Numbered from the stretch's first letter, positions 1-9,322 are shown. The stretch: 64,000 bases of DNA from Eubacterium sp. (GCA_017541035.1 JAFXZW010000023.1:116-64115); one strand, 5' to 3'. The notes: generated from the letters alone by a model not told the origin. A program made the numbers and translations.

Positions 1-101
1 TTACCTCGGAAGCCTCTTTTTTGCCCGGGATAGTAAGCCGGCGGGTAATATTTCGAGCAATATTGAAAAAATATTACCTCGGAAGCGGATCATCAGCTGG
101 G

Positions 102-131
102 GGCAAAATACCGTATGACCCCGGCATCATA
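102..131 (+). repeat. Dispersed repeat family B, copy 1 (30-bp core GGCAAAATACC...TGACCCC.GCATCATA)
   Basis: 27/30 identical to the reverse complement of 10592-10621; similar to 62512-62540. Confidence 0.75.
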
Positions 132-212
132 AATATCAAACATGAGTTGGTAAATACCCGGGTTTTTTACAGAATCCGGCACAGGAAGAACGACAGGGAG
201 AAAGAAAAATTC

Positions 213-241
213 TTGACAGGTCGATAGGGATTTGCTATTAT
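213..241 (+). promoter_or_regulatory. Sigma-A promoter of the tRNA cluster
   Basis: TTGACA (213-218), 17-bp spacer, extended TGc-TATTAT (236-241). Confidence 0.85.
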
Positions 242-316
242 GGTTGAGTGCAATTTTGCAACTGATAAATCACTGGTTTCGTGGCATGCGAAGTCTTGGT
301 GAGGGAATCAGGCACT

Positions 317-404
317 GGAGATGTACTCAAGTGGCTGAAGAGGCGCCCCTGCTAAGGGTGTAGGTCGGGGAACCGGCGCGAGGGTTCAAATCCCTCCATC
401 TCCG
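317..404 (+). tRNA. tRNA-Ser(GCT)
   Basis: Acceptor stem GGAGATG/CATCTCC, anticodon loop CT-GCT-AA, long variable arm, GGTTCAAATCC T-loop; CCA not encoded. Confidence 0.95.
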
Positions 405-493
405 CTTTTTGGTCTATATTGAATTGGCGTCATAATCGCTTCGCGATTTTGCAAAGTCCGCTGTGGGGAATTTGGTGCTGTTCGCAGAACACA

Positions 494-745
494 TCCTCAC
501 TACGTTCGGATATAAGGGATCTTCCCACGCCTACGGCGCGGGGTCGCGCCTGCCGGCTTGGTCGTGGGGCACTAAACACGTGCCACTGGCACGTAGTGCC
601 CCCTCCTTATACCTTTGGCACGAAGCCCGCTGCGCGGTCTTCCCTTCGGCTACGCCGAAGTATCGTGCTACGCACGATGTGTCCTCACTACGTTCGGATA
701 TAAGGGATCTTCCCACGCCTACGGCGCGGGCCCCTCCTTATACCT
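494..745 (+). repeat. Duplicated spacer unit upstream of tRNA-Asn
   Basis: 49-bp identical direct repeat at 494-542 and 682-730. Both are followed by CCCCTCCTTATACCT, the first after a hairpin insert. Confidence 0.9.
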
Positions 746-817
746 TCCTCGATAGCTCAATGGTAGAGCACTCGGCTGTTAACCGAGTTGTTGTAGGTTC
801 GAGCCCTACTCGGGGAG
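746..817 (+). tRNA. tRNA-Asn(GTT)
   Basis: TCCTCGA/TCGGGGA acceptor stem, CTCGG-CT-GTT-AA-CCGAG anticodon arm, GGTTCGAG T-loop. Confidence 0.95.
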
Positions 818-870
818 CTACTCCCATTATTCAGAATGTGGAGGATAACTGAAAATCCGCGGGTGGATTT

Positions 871-1064
871 TCCTCGCAGAGCTCGGATTTAGGACACCTT
901 CCCATGCTACGCATGGGCCCCTTCCTAAACCTATGGCGCGAAAATCGTTGTGCGATTTTGCTTCGGCTTCGCCGAAGTATTGCGCTTCGCGCAATGCGTC
1001 CTCGCAGAGCTCGGATTTAGGACACCTTCCCATGCTGCGCATGGGCCCCTTCCTAAACCTATGG
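871..1064 (+). repeat. Duplicated spacer unit upstream of tRNA-Cys
   Basis: 66-bp direct repeat at 871-936 and 999-1064 with 1 mismatch; the second copy runs into the first 2 nt of tRNA-Cys. Confidence 0.9.
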
Positions 1065-1133
1065 TGCTGTAGCCAAGTGGTAAGGCGTGGGACTGCAACT
1101 CCCTGATCATCGGTTCAAATCCGTTCAGCACCT
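1063..1133 (+). tRNA. tRNA-Cys(GCA)
   Basis: GGTGCTG/CAGCACC acceptor stem, CT-GCA-AC anticodon loop, GGTTCAAATCC T-loop. Confidence 0.95.
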
Positions 1134-1138
1134 CTGAG

Positions 1139-1170
1139 GCATCGGACTTTTTTGTCCGGTGCTTTTTTTT
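1139..1170 (+). terminator. Intrinsic terminator of the tRNA cluster
   Basis: GCATCGGAC/GTCCGGTGC stem followed by T8. Confidence 0.8.
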
Positions 1171-1218
1171 GTACAAATCGACTTTTTTGTGCAAATCGAC
1201 TTTTTTGTACAAATCCAC
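1165..1218. repeat. 18-bp tandem repeat x3 (TTTTTTGTACAAATCGAC)
   Basis: Copies at 1165, 1183 and 1201, each within 1 mismatch of the consensus. Confidence 0.85.
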
Positions 1219-1302
1219 TTTTTTCGTGGAAAAGAGCAGCAGATAATGGTAAAATAAAACATAACTGTCGGGAATTCTGTGTTCCGTGGAAAGGAGCAGA
1301 AA

Positions 1303-3057
1303 ATGCAGACTAAGGATGAATATTTTGAGACAAATACCGGAGGAAGGATCCCTACCGGTCTTCCGGGAGGGTTCTTCATCTATGAAGCGAATGGGGATGA
1401 AAGGATCCTTTTCGCCGAAACAAATATCGTCCGGATGTATGGTTGTGATGATTTTGAGGATTTTCTGAATTATATCGGGAACTCCTTTAAAGGAATGGTT
1501 CACCCGGAAGATCTGCATCGGGTTGAGAATCAGATCGTGGCACAGACGGAGGCCGGTGAGAAGCGGCACGACTATGTACGGTACCGGATCCTGACCAAGC
1601 AGGGAGAGGTGAAGTATGTTGAGGACTTTGGTCATCTGCTGCATTGGGTAAACGGGACCAGCTTCTTCTATGTGTTCATCGTGGATGTGGATCAGAATGA
1701 GTATTTTAACCGTAACCGCAACTCCTATGCCGAAGCAGAGCTTCTTTCCGGAAATATGGATACGGATGAGCTGACCGGACTCTTCACCATGTCATTTTTC
1801 TATCATCGGGTTCAGTTACTTCTGGCATCACCGGACAGCTGGCGCCAGGACATTTCCTTCCTGCATTTTGATATCCCGAATTTCAAGCTGTATAACGAAC
1901 GTCATGGCTTCAAAAAGGGAGACGAGCTGCTCTGCGAGCTGGCGAAAACGATCCGGGAGGTCTTCAGCGATGGCATTCTTGCGCGCTTTTCCGATGATCA
2001 TTTTGTGGTTTGCGCCTGCTGCAGAAAGGAGAAGATCCCTGGCCGGGTGGAGGAAGTGCATCGGAGAATGCTGCGGTCGGAGGATGCCGGCAAGAAGGTA
2101 CGGATCAAGACGGGTATCTACTACATGGAGGACCGGCGGCCGGAGATAGGTCTTGCCTGCGATCACGCCCGGCTGGCCTGCAACAGCATCAAAGGCCGTC
2201 ATGATGTGAATTACTGTGTTTATGATGAAATGCTCCGCTACAATATGCGCAAGCAGCAGTATGTAGTGGACCATATTGACGAGGCCATTGAGAAGGAATA
2301 CATAAAGGTTTATTATCAGCCGGTGATCCGGATCAGAACCAGAGAGATCTGTGGGTACGAGGCGCTTGTTCGTTGGCAGGACCCGCAAATGGGGATGCTG
2401 TCTCCTGCGGATTTTGTGGAGACATTGGAACAGTTCCATTTGATCCATCTGGTGGACAAATTTGTGGTGCAGCAGGTCTGCAGGGATTACCGGAAAATGA
2501 AGCAGGAGGGTAAACCGGTGGTTCCGGTTTCGGTAAACCTTTCCAGGCTGGATTTTGAACTCTGCGACATTTTCGGGATCATCGAAGAGACCCGGCAACA
2601 GTATGATGTTCCGCGTCAGATGATAGATCTGGAGATTACGGAAAGCGCTCTTAACGACAACATAGGCTATATTAAATCCGAATGCGATAAAATGCGGGAT
2701 CTGGGTTATCATATCTGGCTGGACGACTTCGGCAGCGGGTATTCCTCTCTGAATACCATCGCGGAATACGCCTTTGATGTGATTAAGCTGGATTTGATCT
2801 TCCTCCGCTGCCTGGACAAAAATCCGCGTACCGGAAAGCTGATGAAATACATTATCAGCGGTGCCAGAGGCATGGGGCTGTCTCCGCTCTGTGAAGGCGT
2901 GGAGACAGAGGAACATCTCCAGTTTCTTGCTGAGATCGGCTGTGAACGTGCACAGGGTTATCTTTTCGGAAAGCCCATGCCACTGGAGGAAACCCGCGCC
3001 CATACGATGGCAAAAGGTATGATCTGGGAGAAGATAGAAGAAGGGGGTACAGTATGA
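1303..3057 (+). CDS. PAS / degenerate GGDEF / EAL protein (likely c-di-GMP phosphodiesterase)
   Basis: PAS-like VHPEDL motif; RFSDDHF replaces GGDEF; intact EAL and DDFGSG; AAGGAG RBS before ATG 1303. Confidence 0.9.
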   Translation: MQTKDEYFETNTGGRIPTGLPGGFFIYEANGDERILFAETNIVRMYGCDDFEDFLNYIGNSFKGMVHPEDLHRVENQIVAQTEAGEKRHDYVRYRILTKQGEVKYVEDFGHLLHWVNGTSFFYVFIVDVDQNEYFNRNRNSYAEAELLSGNMDTDELTGLFTMSFFYHRVQLLLASPDSWRQDISFLHFDIPNFKLYNERHGFKKGDELLCELAKTIREVFSDGILARFSDDHFVVCACCRKEKIPGRVEEVHRRMLRSEDAGKKVRIKTGIYYMEDRRPEIGLACDHARLACNSIKGRHDVNYCVYDEMLRYNMRKQQYVVDHIDEAIEKEYIKVYYQPVIRIRTREICGYEALVRWQDPQMGMLSPADFVETLEQFHLIHLVDKFVVQQVCRDYRKMKQEGKPVVPVSVNLSRLDFELCDIFGIIEETRQQYDVPRQMIDLEITESALNDNIGYIKSECDKMRDLGYHIWLDDFGSGYSSLNTIAEYAFDVIKLDLIFLRCLDKNPRTGKLMKYIISGARGMGLSPLCEGVETEEHLQFLAEIGCERAQGYLFGKPMPLEETRAHTMAKGMIWEKIEEGGTV

Positions 3058-4892
3058 GAAAGCTAGCCAAAAGGGGAAATATCAATGAACGCATGGATAT
3101 AGCCCTGATGAAATTCAAATCACGAATGACATCATATCCGCCGGGAATGTGTCCGCTGGTTATGTATCGTTCCATCCTGCAGATGTCCATGAATCAATCC
3201 TGCGGGAAATGTGTTCCCTGCCGGGACGGTCTGGTAGAGGCGGAGCGGATGCTGCGGGATATCCTGAATGGAGACGCAGAGGAGGAAACGCTGACAAAGC
3301 TGAAGAATCTCTGCGTCATGATCGCGGAGACGGCAGACTGTGCCGTAGGTGTTGTTGCTGCAAATTCCGTTCTGGACAGTCTTACGGAATTTGCGGATGA
3401 ATATGAGAGCCACATCCGGAATCGCCGGTGTGCAGGCAGTGTGACTCAGACGGTTCCCTGCATGACGCTTTGTCCGGCCCATGTGGATGTCCCCGGTTAC
3501 GTGGCCATGGTAAAGGATGGGGATTATGCCGGAGCGATCAATATCATCCGCGACAGAAATCCCTTCCCCACCGCATGTGCCATGGTTTGTGAGCATCCCT
3601 GCGAGAGGAAATGCCGCCGGACCATTGTCGATCAGCCCATTAATATCCGCGGCCTGAAAAAATATGCCGTGGACCAGATTGCGGCGGATCAGGTGAAGAC
3701 ACCGCCTGCCAATGTGGCAACCGGCAAAACCATCGGCGTTGTCGGAGGAGGACCCTCCGGACTGACGGCGGCTTATTTCCTTGCCCTTATGGGACATAAG
3801 GTTGTGGTTTATGACGAGCATGAGAAGCTGGGCGGTATGCTGCGTTACGGCATTCCCGAATACCGGCTGCCCAAGGCGCGTCTGGATGAGGATATCAATG
3901 CCATTCTCGGGGCGGGCGATATCGAGGTGCACCTGAATACAAAGGTGGGGCGGGACATTTCCGTCGAAGAGCTGCGGGAGAAATACGATGCCGTTTATCT
4001 CGGGCTGGGTGCCCAGCTGGGAAACCGCATGCCCGTGGATAATGTAAACTGTAAAAATGTCATTCCGGCAGCGGATTTCCTTCAGGCAGTGGCCAAAGGA
4101 GAAAAGATTGATCTGACGGGGAAGAAGGTCGTTCTGATCGGCGGCGGAAATGTTGCGATGGATGCGGCTCGGACCGCCGTCCGCCTGAAAGCAAAGACCG
4201 TGCATGTATTTACGCGAAAGAGGGATGACTATACCGCACTGGAAAGCGAGATCGAAAGCGCCATGCAGGAAGGCGTCCGTTTCCGTACGCTGCTTTCATT
4301 CCTGCATCTGGAGACGGATAAAAATGATCCGGATCTGGTGGATGCCGTATGGCTGCAGCCGGAGATGGTCGGTGAATTTGATGAGTTTGGACTGGTAAAG
4401 ACAGAGCATTCCAGCCACTATCCCTACCGGTTTACCTGTGATTATCTGATCCTCGGTGTTGGCCAGCGCTGCGATGTGGCCGCCTTTGAAGAGGCGGGTA
4501 TCCCGGTGAACCGCGGACGGATCCTGGCAGATGAAACCTGCAGCATCGAAGGAGCAGATGGCGTTTTCTCAGGCGGAGACTGCGTGACAGGACCTTCTAC
4601 AGCCATCAACGCCATTGCGGCAGGACAGGTTGCCGCACACAATATCGATGAGTACCTGGGTTACCATCATAAGATCAGCTGTGAGGCAGAGGCCCCACAG
4701 GCGAAGCCAAATAAATGTATTCCCACGGGACGTGCGGAGATCGAGGAAAGAGATCCTTTTGAGAGACGGGAGGATTTCCTGCATGTGGAAATACCCATGA
4801 CACCGGAGGAAGCGGAACGTGAGGCCGGCAGATGCCTTCGCTGTGACCATTTCGGCTGCGGATCGATGGAAGGGGGCAGATGCGTATGGTAG
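3054..4892 (+). CDS. FAD/NAD(P)H oxidoreductase subunit of FDH: NuoF-type 4Fe-4S N-terminus plus GltD-like domains
   Basis: CGKCVPC...C motif; CPAHVDVPGY and CAMVCEHPCERKC Fe-S motifs; GGGPSG and GGGNVAMDAAR; adjacent to fdhF. Confidence 0.85.
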   Translation: MRKLAKRGNINERMDIALMKFKSRMTSYPPGMCPLVMYRSILQMSMNQSCGKCVPCRDGLVEAERMLRDILNGDAEEETLTKLKNLCVMIAETADCAVGVVAANSVLDSLTEFADEYESHIRNRRCAGSVTQTVPCMTLCPAHVDVPGYVAMVKDGDYAGAINIIRDRNPFPTACAMVCEHPCERKCRRTIVDQPINIRGLKKYAVDQIAADQVKTPPANVATGKTIGVVGGGPSGLTAAYFLALMGHKVVVYDEHEKLGGMLRYGIPEYRLPKARLDEDINAILGAGDIEVHLNTKVGRDISVEELREKYDAVYLGLGAQLGNRMPVDNVNCKNVIPAADFLQAVAKGEKIDLTGKKVVLIGGGNVAMDAARTAVRLKAKTVHVFTRKRDDYTALESEIESAMQEGVRFRTLLSFLHLETDKNDPDLVDAVWLQPEMVGEFDEFGLVKTEHSSHYPYRFTCDYLILGVGQRCDVAAFEEAGIPVNRGRILADETCSIEGADGVFSGGDCVTGPSTAINAIAAGQVAAHNIDEYLGYHHKISCEAEAPQAKPNKCIPTGRAEIEERDPFERREDFLHVEIPMTPEEAEREAGRCLRCDHFGCGSMEGGRCVW

Positions 4893-7726
4893 AGAACAGG
4901 AATGAGCATATGATGGAAAAGGGTAATTTGACCGGACTGATCGAGTTGGAGACACGGATCAGTCATGCGGAAATGGAAGCCGGGAAGACGGCTGATAAGG
5001 CTGTTTCGGAGATGGAGTCCAATATCATCCGGGTTACCATTAACGGTAAGGAATACACGGCCGAGAGAGGAAAGAAGATACTTAATTTCTGTCGGGAGGC
5101 AGGTATTGAGATTCCTTCACTGTGTCATTTGAAGGATTACAGCGATATCGGTTCCTGCCGTCTTTGCATGGTGGAGATCGAAGGCTATGGAAGCAGGCTT
5201 TTTGCGGCATGCCGGACAAAGCTGGAGGATGGTATGGTAATTACCACCGAGTCCGAGAAGCTGACGGAGTATCGGAAGGAAATGCTCCGGCTTCTTCTGT
5301 CCAACCATACGGTGGATTGTATGAACTGCCCGAAGAATGGCGGCTGTCAGCTTCAGGAGATGTGCAACCGGTATGAGATCAAGGATACGCCCTATGCCGG
5401 ATCCCGTCGGAAGATAGAAGGAAAGCTTCCGAAGCTGGCGGATAATCCGTACATTTCCTATGATCCCAGTAAGTGCATCCATTGTCAGCGCTGTGTCAGT
5501 GCCTGCAATAGAGCTGCCGTAAATCATACAATGAAAAACGGAAGAACAGGTGTATTTCACATGGTGGATGCACCCTTCGGACCGGACTGGAGAGAGAGCG
5601 GCTGCGAGAGCTGCGGAAACTGTGCCGCAGCATGCCCCACAGGTGCATTGGTGCTCAAGAGAAAAGAAAAATATCATGAGTGGTCAACCAAAAAGGTTCT
5701 TACAACCTGTCCGCATTGCGCGACCGGATGTCAGTTCTACCTGCTGGTAAAGGATAATCAGATCGTGGATGTGGAGCCGGCGGATGGACCTTCGAACCAC
5801 GGACTGCTCTGTGTCAAGGGCCGGAGCGGTAGTTTTGATTTTGTTAATTCTCCCGACCGGATCCGGACTCCGCTCATCAAGAATAAAGAGACCGGTGAAT
5901 TCGAACCGGCTTCCTGGGATGAAGCGATCTCTTATGTGGCAAAGCGTTTTATGGAGCTGAAGGAGAAGTACGGCGGGGATGCTCTGGCCGGCTTTGCCTG
6001 CTCCCGTTCTGCCAATGAAGACATTTACATGGTACAGAAGATGGTTCGTACCTGCTTTGGCACAAATAATACGGACAACTGTGCCCGCGTCTGCCATTCC
6101 GCAACTGTTGCGGGTCTGGCAAAGACCCTGGGCTCCGGTGCCATGACGAACCCGATCTACGACATCACCCATGATGTGGACTGCATCATGCTGGTGGGTT
6201 CGAACCCTGAGGAAGCGCATCCTGTGGTAGGTATGCAGATCCGGCAGGCGGTTGAGCGCGGAACGCGTCTGATCGTGGTTGATCCCCGGACCATCGGGCT
6301 GGCGGAGAAGGCGGACATTCACCTGAAGCTTCGGCCGGGTACAAATGTTGCCTTTGCCAACGGCATGATGCATGTGATGATCAAGGAAGACCTGATCGAT
6401 CATGATTATATCGAAAAGTTCACAGAAGATTTCGACAAGCTGAAGGAGCTGGTGAAGGATTATACGCCGGAGAAGGTGGGTGAGATCTGCCATATCGATC
6501 CGGATAAGCTGGTAGAGGCGGCAAGAATGTACGCCACAGCGAAAAAGGCCCCCATCATTTACTGTCTGGGTGTGACCGAGCATTCTACCGGTACCGAGGG
6601 TGTTATGAGCATGTCCAATATGGCTCTGCTTTGTGGTAAGGTTGGTCGCAGCGGCTGTGGTGTGAATCCTCTGCGCGGGCAGAATAATGTGCAGGGAGCC
6701 TGTGATATGGGTGCCCAGCCCACGGATTATCCGGGCTATCAGAAGGTGGACAATCCGGAGGTAAGGGAGAAATTCGAGCTGGCCTGGGGCGTTCGTCTGA
6801 ATCCCAAGCCGGGTCTCAAGGCAACGGATGTTTTCCCGGCAGCGATCGAAGGGAAGATCAAGGGTCTCTATATCTGCGGCGAGGATCCGGTTGTAACGGA
6901 TCCGGACAGCGAGCATATCAAGCATGCCCTGCAGAGTCTGGATTTCTTCGTACTTCAGGAGCTCTTTATGACGGAAACCGCCAAATATGCGGATGTGATC
7001 CTTCCGGGACGCAGCTTTGCCGAGAAGGAAGGCACATTTACAAATACCGAACGCCGGGTACAGAGGATCCGGACTGCCGTAACCGTGGAGGGTGACATGC
7101 GTCTCGATACGGATATCATCATCGATCTCATGAATGCCATGGGTTATCCGCAGGAATACCTGACCGCTTCACAGATCATGGATGAGATAGCATCCGTTAC
7201 CCCCAGTTTTGCGGGGATCAACTTTACGCGTCTGGATGCAGGCGAATCTCTTCAGTGGCCCTGCCGTGACAGAAATACGATCGGCACCCCCATTATGCAT
7301 GTGGGCAAGCCGGTGCGCGGCCGTGCGCTTCTATATCCTGCGGAATACAAGCCGTCACAGGAGCTCCCGGATGAATCCTATCCGTATGTACTGACCACGG
7401 GGCGTATCCTGTACCAGTATAATGCGGCTGCCATGACCTCCCGTGCACCGGGACTTATGGAGATTGCCGGAGAAGGCTTTATCGAGGTGAATTACAAGGA
7501 TGCAGACCGCCTTGGAATTAAGAACGGTGAGAGAATCCGTGTCAGCAGCCGGCGCGGCTGCATTACCGCAACCGCAAGGGTAGGCAGGAAGGTGTCTGAG
7601 GGTGAGACCTGGATGCCCTTCCATTTCCCGGATTCCCCCGTGAATATGCTTACGAATGCGGCATTGGATGATTTCGCCCGGATTCCGGAATACAAGGTTT
7701 GCGCGGTCAATATTGAAAAAATGTAG
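4880..7726 (+). CDS. fdhF: Formate dehydrogenase alpha subunit (Cys form, cytoplasmic); true start may lie downstream
   Basis: N-terminal 2Fe-2S, His-ligated 4Fe-4S and 2x4Fe-4S motifs; CPHCATGC; CARVCH active site; LRGQNNVQGACD; no Tat signal. Confidence 0.93.
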   Translation: MRMVENRNEHMMEKGNLTGLIELETRISHAEMEAGKTADKAVSEMESNIIRVTINGKEYTAERGKKILNFCREAGIEIPSLCHLKDYSDIGSCRLCMVEIEGYGSRLFAACRTKLEDGMVITTESEKLTEYRKEMLRLLLSNHTVDCMNCPKNGGCQLQEMCNRYEIKDTPYAGSRRKIEGKLPKLADNPYISYDPSKCIHCQRCVSACNRAAVNHTMKNGRTGVFHMVDAPFGPDWRESGCESCGNCAAACPTGALVLKRKEKYHEWSTKKVLTTCPHCATGCQFYLLVKDNQIVDVEPADGPSNHGLLCVKGRSGSFDFVNSPDRIRTPLIKNKETGEFEPASWDEAISYVAKRFMELKEKYGGDALAGFACSRSANEDIYMVQKMVRTCFGTNNTDNCARVCHSATVAGLAKTLGSGAMTNPIYDITHDVDCIMLVGSNPEEAHPVVGMQIRQAVERGTRLIVVDPRTIGLAEKADIHLKLRPGTNVAFANGMMHVMIKEDLIDHDYIEKFTEDFDKLKELVKDYTPEKVGEICHIDPDKLVEAARMYATAKKAPIIYCLGVTEHSTGTEGVMSMSNMALLCGKVGRSGCGVNPLRGQNNVQGACDMGAQPTDYPGYQKVDNPEVREKFELAWGVRLNPKPGLKATDVFPAAIEGKIKGLYICGEDPVVTDPDSEHIKHALQSLDFFVLQELFMTETAKYADVILPGRSFAEKEGTFTNTERRVQRIRTAVTVEGDMRLDTDIIIDLMNAMGYPQEYLTASQIMDEIASVTPSFAGINFTRLDAGESLQWPCRDRNTIGTPIMHVGKPVRGRALLYPAEYKPSQELPDESYPYVLTTGRILYQYNAAAMTSRAPGLMEIAGEGFIEVNYKDADRLGIKNGERIRVSSRRGCITATARVGRKVSEGETWMPFHFPDSPVNMLTNAALDDFARIPEYKVCAVNIEKM

Positions 7727-7773
7727 ATGTTTATACGGGACTCCGGAATCATTTGCGTGATTGCTGAGAGTGC

Positions 7774-7811
7774 AAAAGGCGGTACGGTGACACTTCACTG
7801 TGCCGCTTTTT
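7774..7811 (+). terminator. Intrinsic terminator after fdhF
   Basis: 12-bp stem GCGGTACGGTGA/TCACTGTGCCGC (2 G-U pairs) followed by T5. Confidence 0.75.
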
Positions 7812-7883
7812 CCCCTATTCGAAATATAGGGGTTTAGCCGGTTTTTGGATAATGTGAAAAGAATTGTTGAAGGGAAGAACACT

Positions 7884-9146
7884 ATGGAGCTGGAAGAAGC
7901 TTTGGAAAAATACCTGTCGGAAGCTGAACCCATACAGGATGTGGAAAGAGTACCGCTCTTTGAAGCCTTTGGAAGGATCATAGCCGAAGAGATCAGAGCA
8001 CCCTTTGCTGTGCCGCATTTTCCGAAGGCTGCCATGGACGGATATGCCGTGCGGGCGGAGGATGTGCAAAATGCCTCACCGGAAAAGCCGGTAATCCTTA
8101 CGGTTGTTGGAGAAATCCTGGCAGGTCAGGAGGAGCCGGTGCTTTATCGTTTCTCCGGTTCAGATATGTCGGAAAGATCTGCGGGATGCAGAGGAACCGC
8201 CATTCGCATCATGACAGGAGCTTTGGTACCCGAGGGTTATGATGCCGTTGTGCGTCAGGAGGATACGGATTACGGGGAGAGGGAGGTACAGATCTGCAAA
8301 GGAGTCCTTTCCTACACCAATTACTGCAAAGCAGGAGAGGATATCGCGGAAGGCGCTGCGGTTCTCCCAAAAGGAAGAAGGATCGGGCGGATCGAAGCAG
8401 GCATGCTTGCCAGCCTGGGTTTTTTTGAGGTACCGGTTCTCCGGAGACTGCGGATATCCGTGATCTCTACGGGAACGGAACTGTGGGAGGTTTCCGAAAC
8501 GGCTTCCCTAAGCTCCGGCGGAGTTCAGCCGCCCCGGGGAAGGATCTACAACAGCATAGCCTTCACTCTTTCGGGGAGTCTGAAAGCAGCAGGTTTTACG
8601 GTGGACTGCAGTGTGGTACCGGATGAGGCGGATGAGATCGCCCGATGCCTGGAGCAGGCGCTGATTACCTCCGATATTGTGATCACCACGGGAGGAGTTT
8701 CTGTCGGAAAGAAGGATCTGCTTCCCGAAGTACTGGACAGGATCGGTGCAAAGAAGGTTTTTGCCCGGATCAACATCCAACCGGGAACCCCCACCATCGG
8801 AAGTGTGAAGGGTGGGAAAGCCATTTTAAGCCTATCCGGAAACCCCTTTGCGGCGTTGGTGAATTTTGATCTGTATTTTTATCCCTTAGCCGCTAAGCTG
8901 ACCGGATGTTCTTCACTGCTGCCTGTAATCGAAGAGGCTATACTGCAAAGCGAATATCCGAAGGTTAATCATCATCGGCGCTTTCTTCGGGCAAGGGTTG
9001 AAAATGGATTGGTCTATCTCCCGGCAAAAAGCCATGCATCTTCCGTACTTGCCAATCTGCTGGAATGTAACTGTTATATCGATCTTCCTTCAGAGAAGAA
9101 GGTAAAGCCCGGAGACAGGGTTCGGATCGTCCGTATGCCGGTCTGA
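7884..9146 (+). CDS. moeA: Molybdopterin molybdotransferase MoeA
   Basis: PHFPKAAMDGYAV, IMTGA.VP, STGTEL, TTGGVSVGKKD, LSGNP motifs. Confidence 0.92.
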   Translation: MELEEALEKYLSEAEPIQDVERVPLFEAFGRIIAEEIRAPFAVPHFPKAAMDGYAVRAEDVQNASPEKPVILTVVGEILAGQEEPVLYRFSGSDMSERSAGCRGTAIRIMTGALVPEGYDAVVRQEDTDYGEREVQICKGVLSYTNYCKAGEDIAEGAAVLPKGRRIGRIEAGMLASLGFFEVPVLRRLRISVISTGTELWEVSETASLSSGGVQPPRGRIYNSIAFTLSGSLKAAGFTVDCSVVPDEADEIARCLEQALITSDIVITTGGVSVGKKDLLPEVLDRIGAKKVFARINIQPGTPTIGSVKGGKAILSLSGNPFAALVNFDLYFYPLAAKLTGCSSLLPVIEEAILQSEYPKVNHHRRFLRARVENGLVYLPAKSHASSVLANLLECNCYIDLPSEKKVKPGDRVRIVRMPV

Positions 9147-9150
9147 CGGA

Positions 9151-9266
9151 TCACAATGCCCGGATCATCGGAATATACGGTCTCACAATGTCCGGATTAT
9201 CGGAGTATACCGGTCTCACAATGTCCGGATTATCGGAATATACGGTCTTACAATGTCCGGATTATC
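9151..9266. repeat. 32-33-bp tandem repeat x3.6
   Basis: Units TCACAATGTCCGGATTATCGGAATATACGGTC at 9151, 9183, 9216 and partial at 9248. Confidence 0.9.
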
Positions 9267-9322
9267 TGTATATGCCGGGCCTGTGAGAGTGGTCTCTTAA
9301 TGACTACCATAGGCGGCATGAC

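Noticed and set aside
102-131. c-di-GMP-I riboswitch suggested by GGCAAA in family B
   Set aside because: The downstream GAAA stem and GACGCAAAG elements are absent, and the copies occur in both orientations.
1063-1300. Genomic island integrated at tRNA-Cys
   Set aside because: No integrase and no duplicated tRNA 3' end was seen in the window.
3054-4892. Glutamate synthase small subunit (also 20266-21648)
   Set aside because: No large subunit is present; the contexts indicate an FDH partner and NfnB.
6070-6110. Selenocysteine FDH
   Set aside because: The active-site codon is TGC (CARVCH); there is no in-frame TGA.
7727-7883. Moco riboswitch upstream of moeA
   Set aside because: Only a terminator hairpin is evident; the consensus elements were not found by eye.
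9151-9266. Possible CRISPR array
   Set aside because: Units are directly adjacent with no unique spacers, and there are no cas genes.
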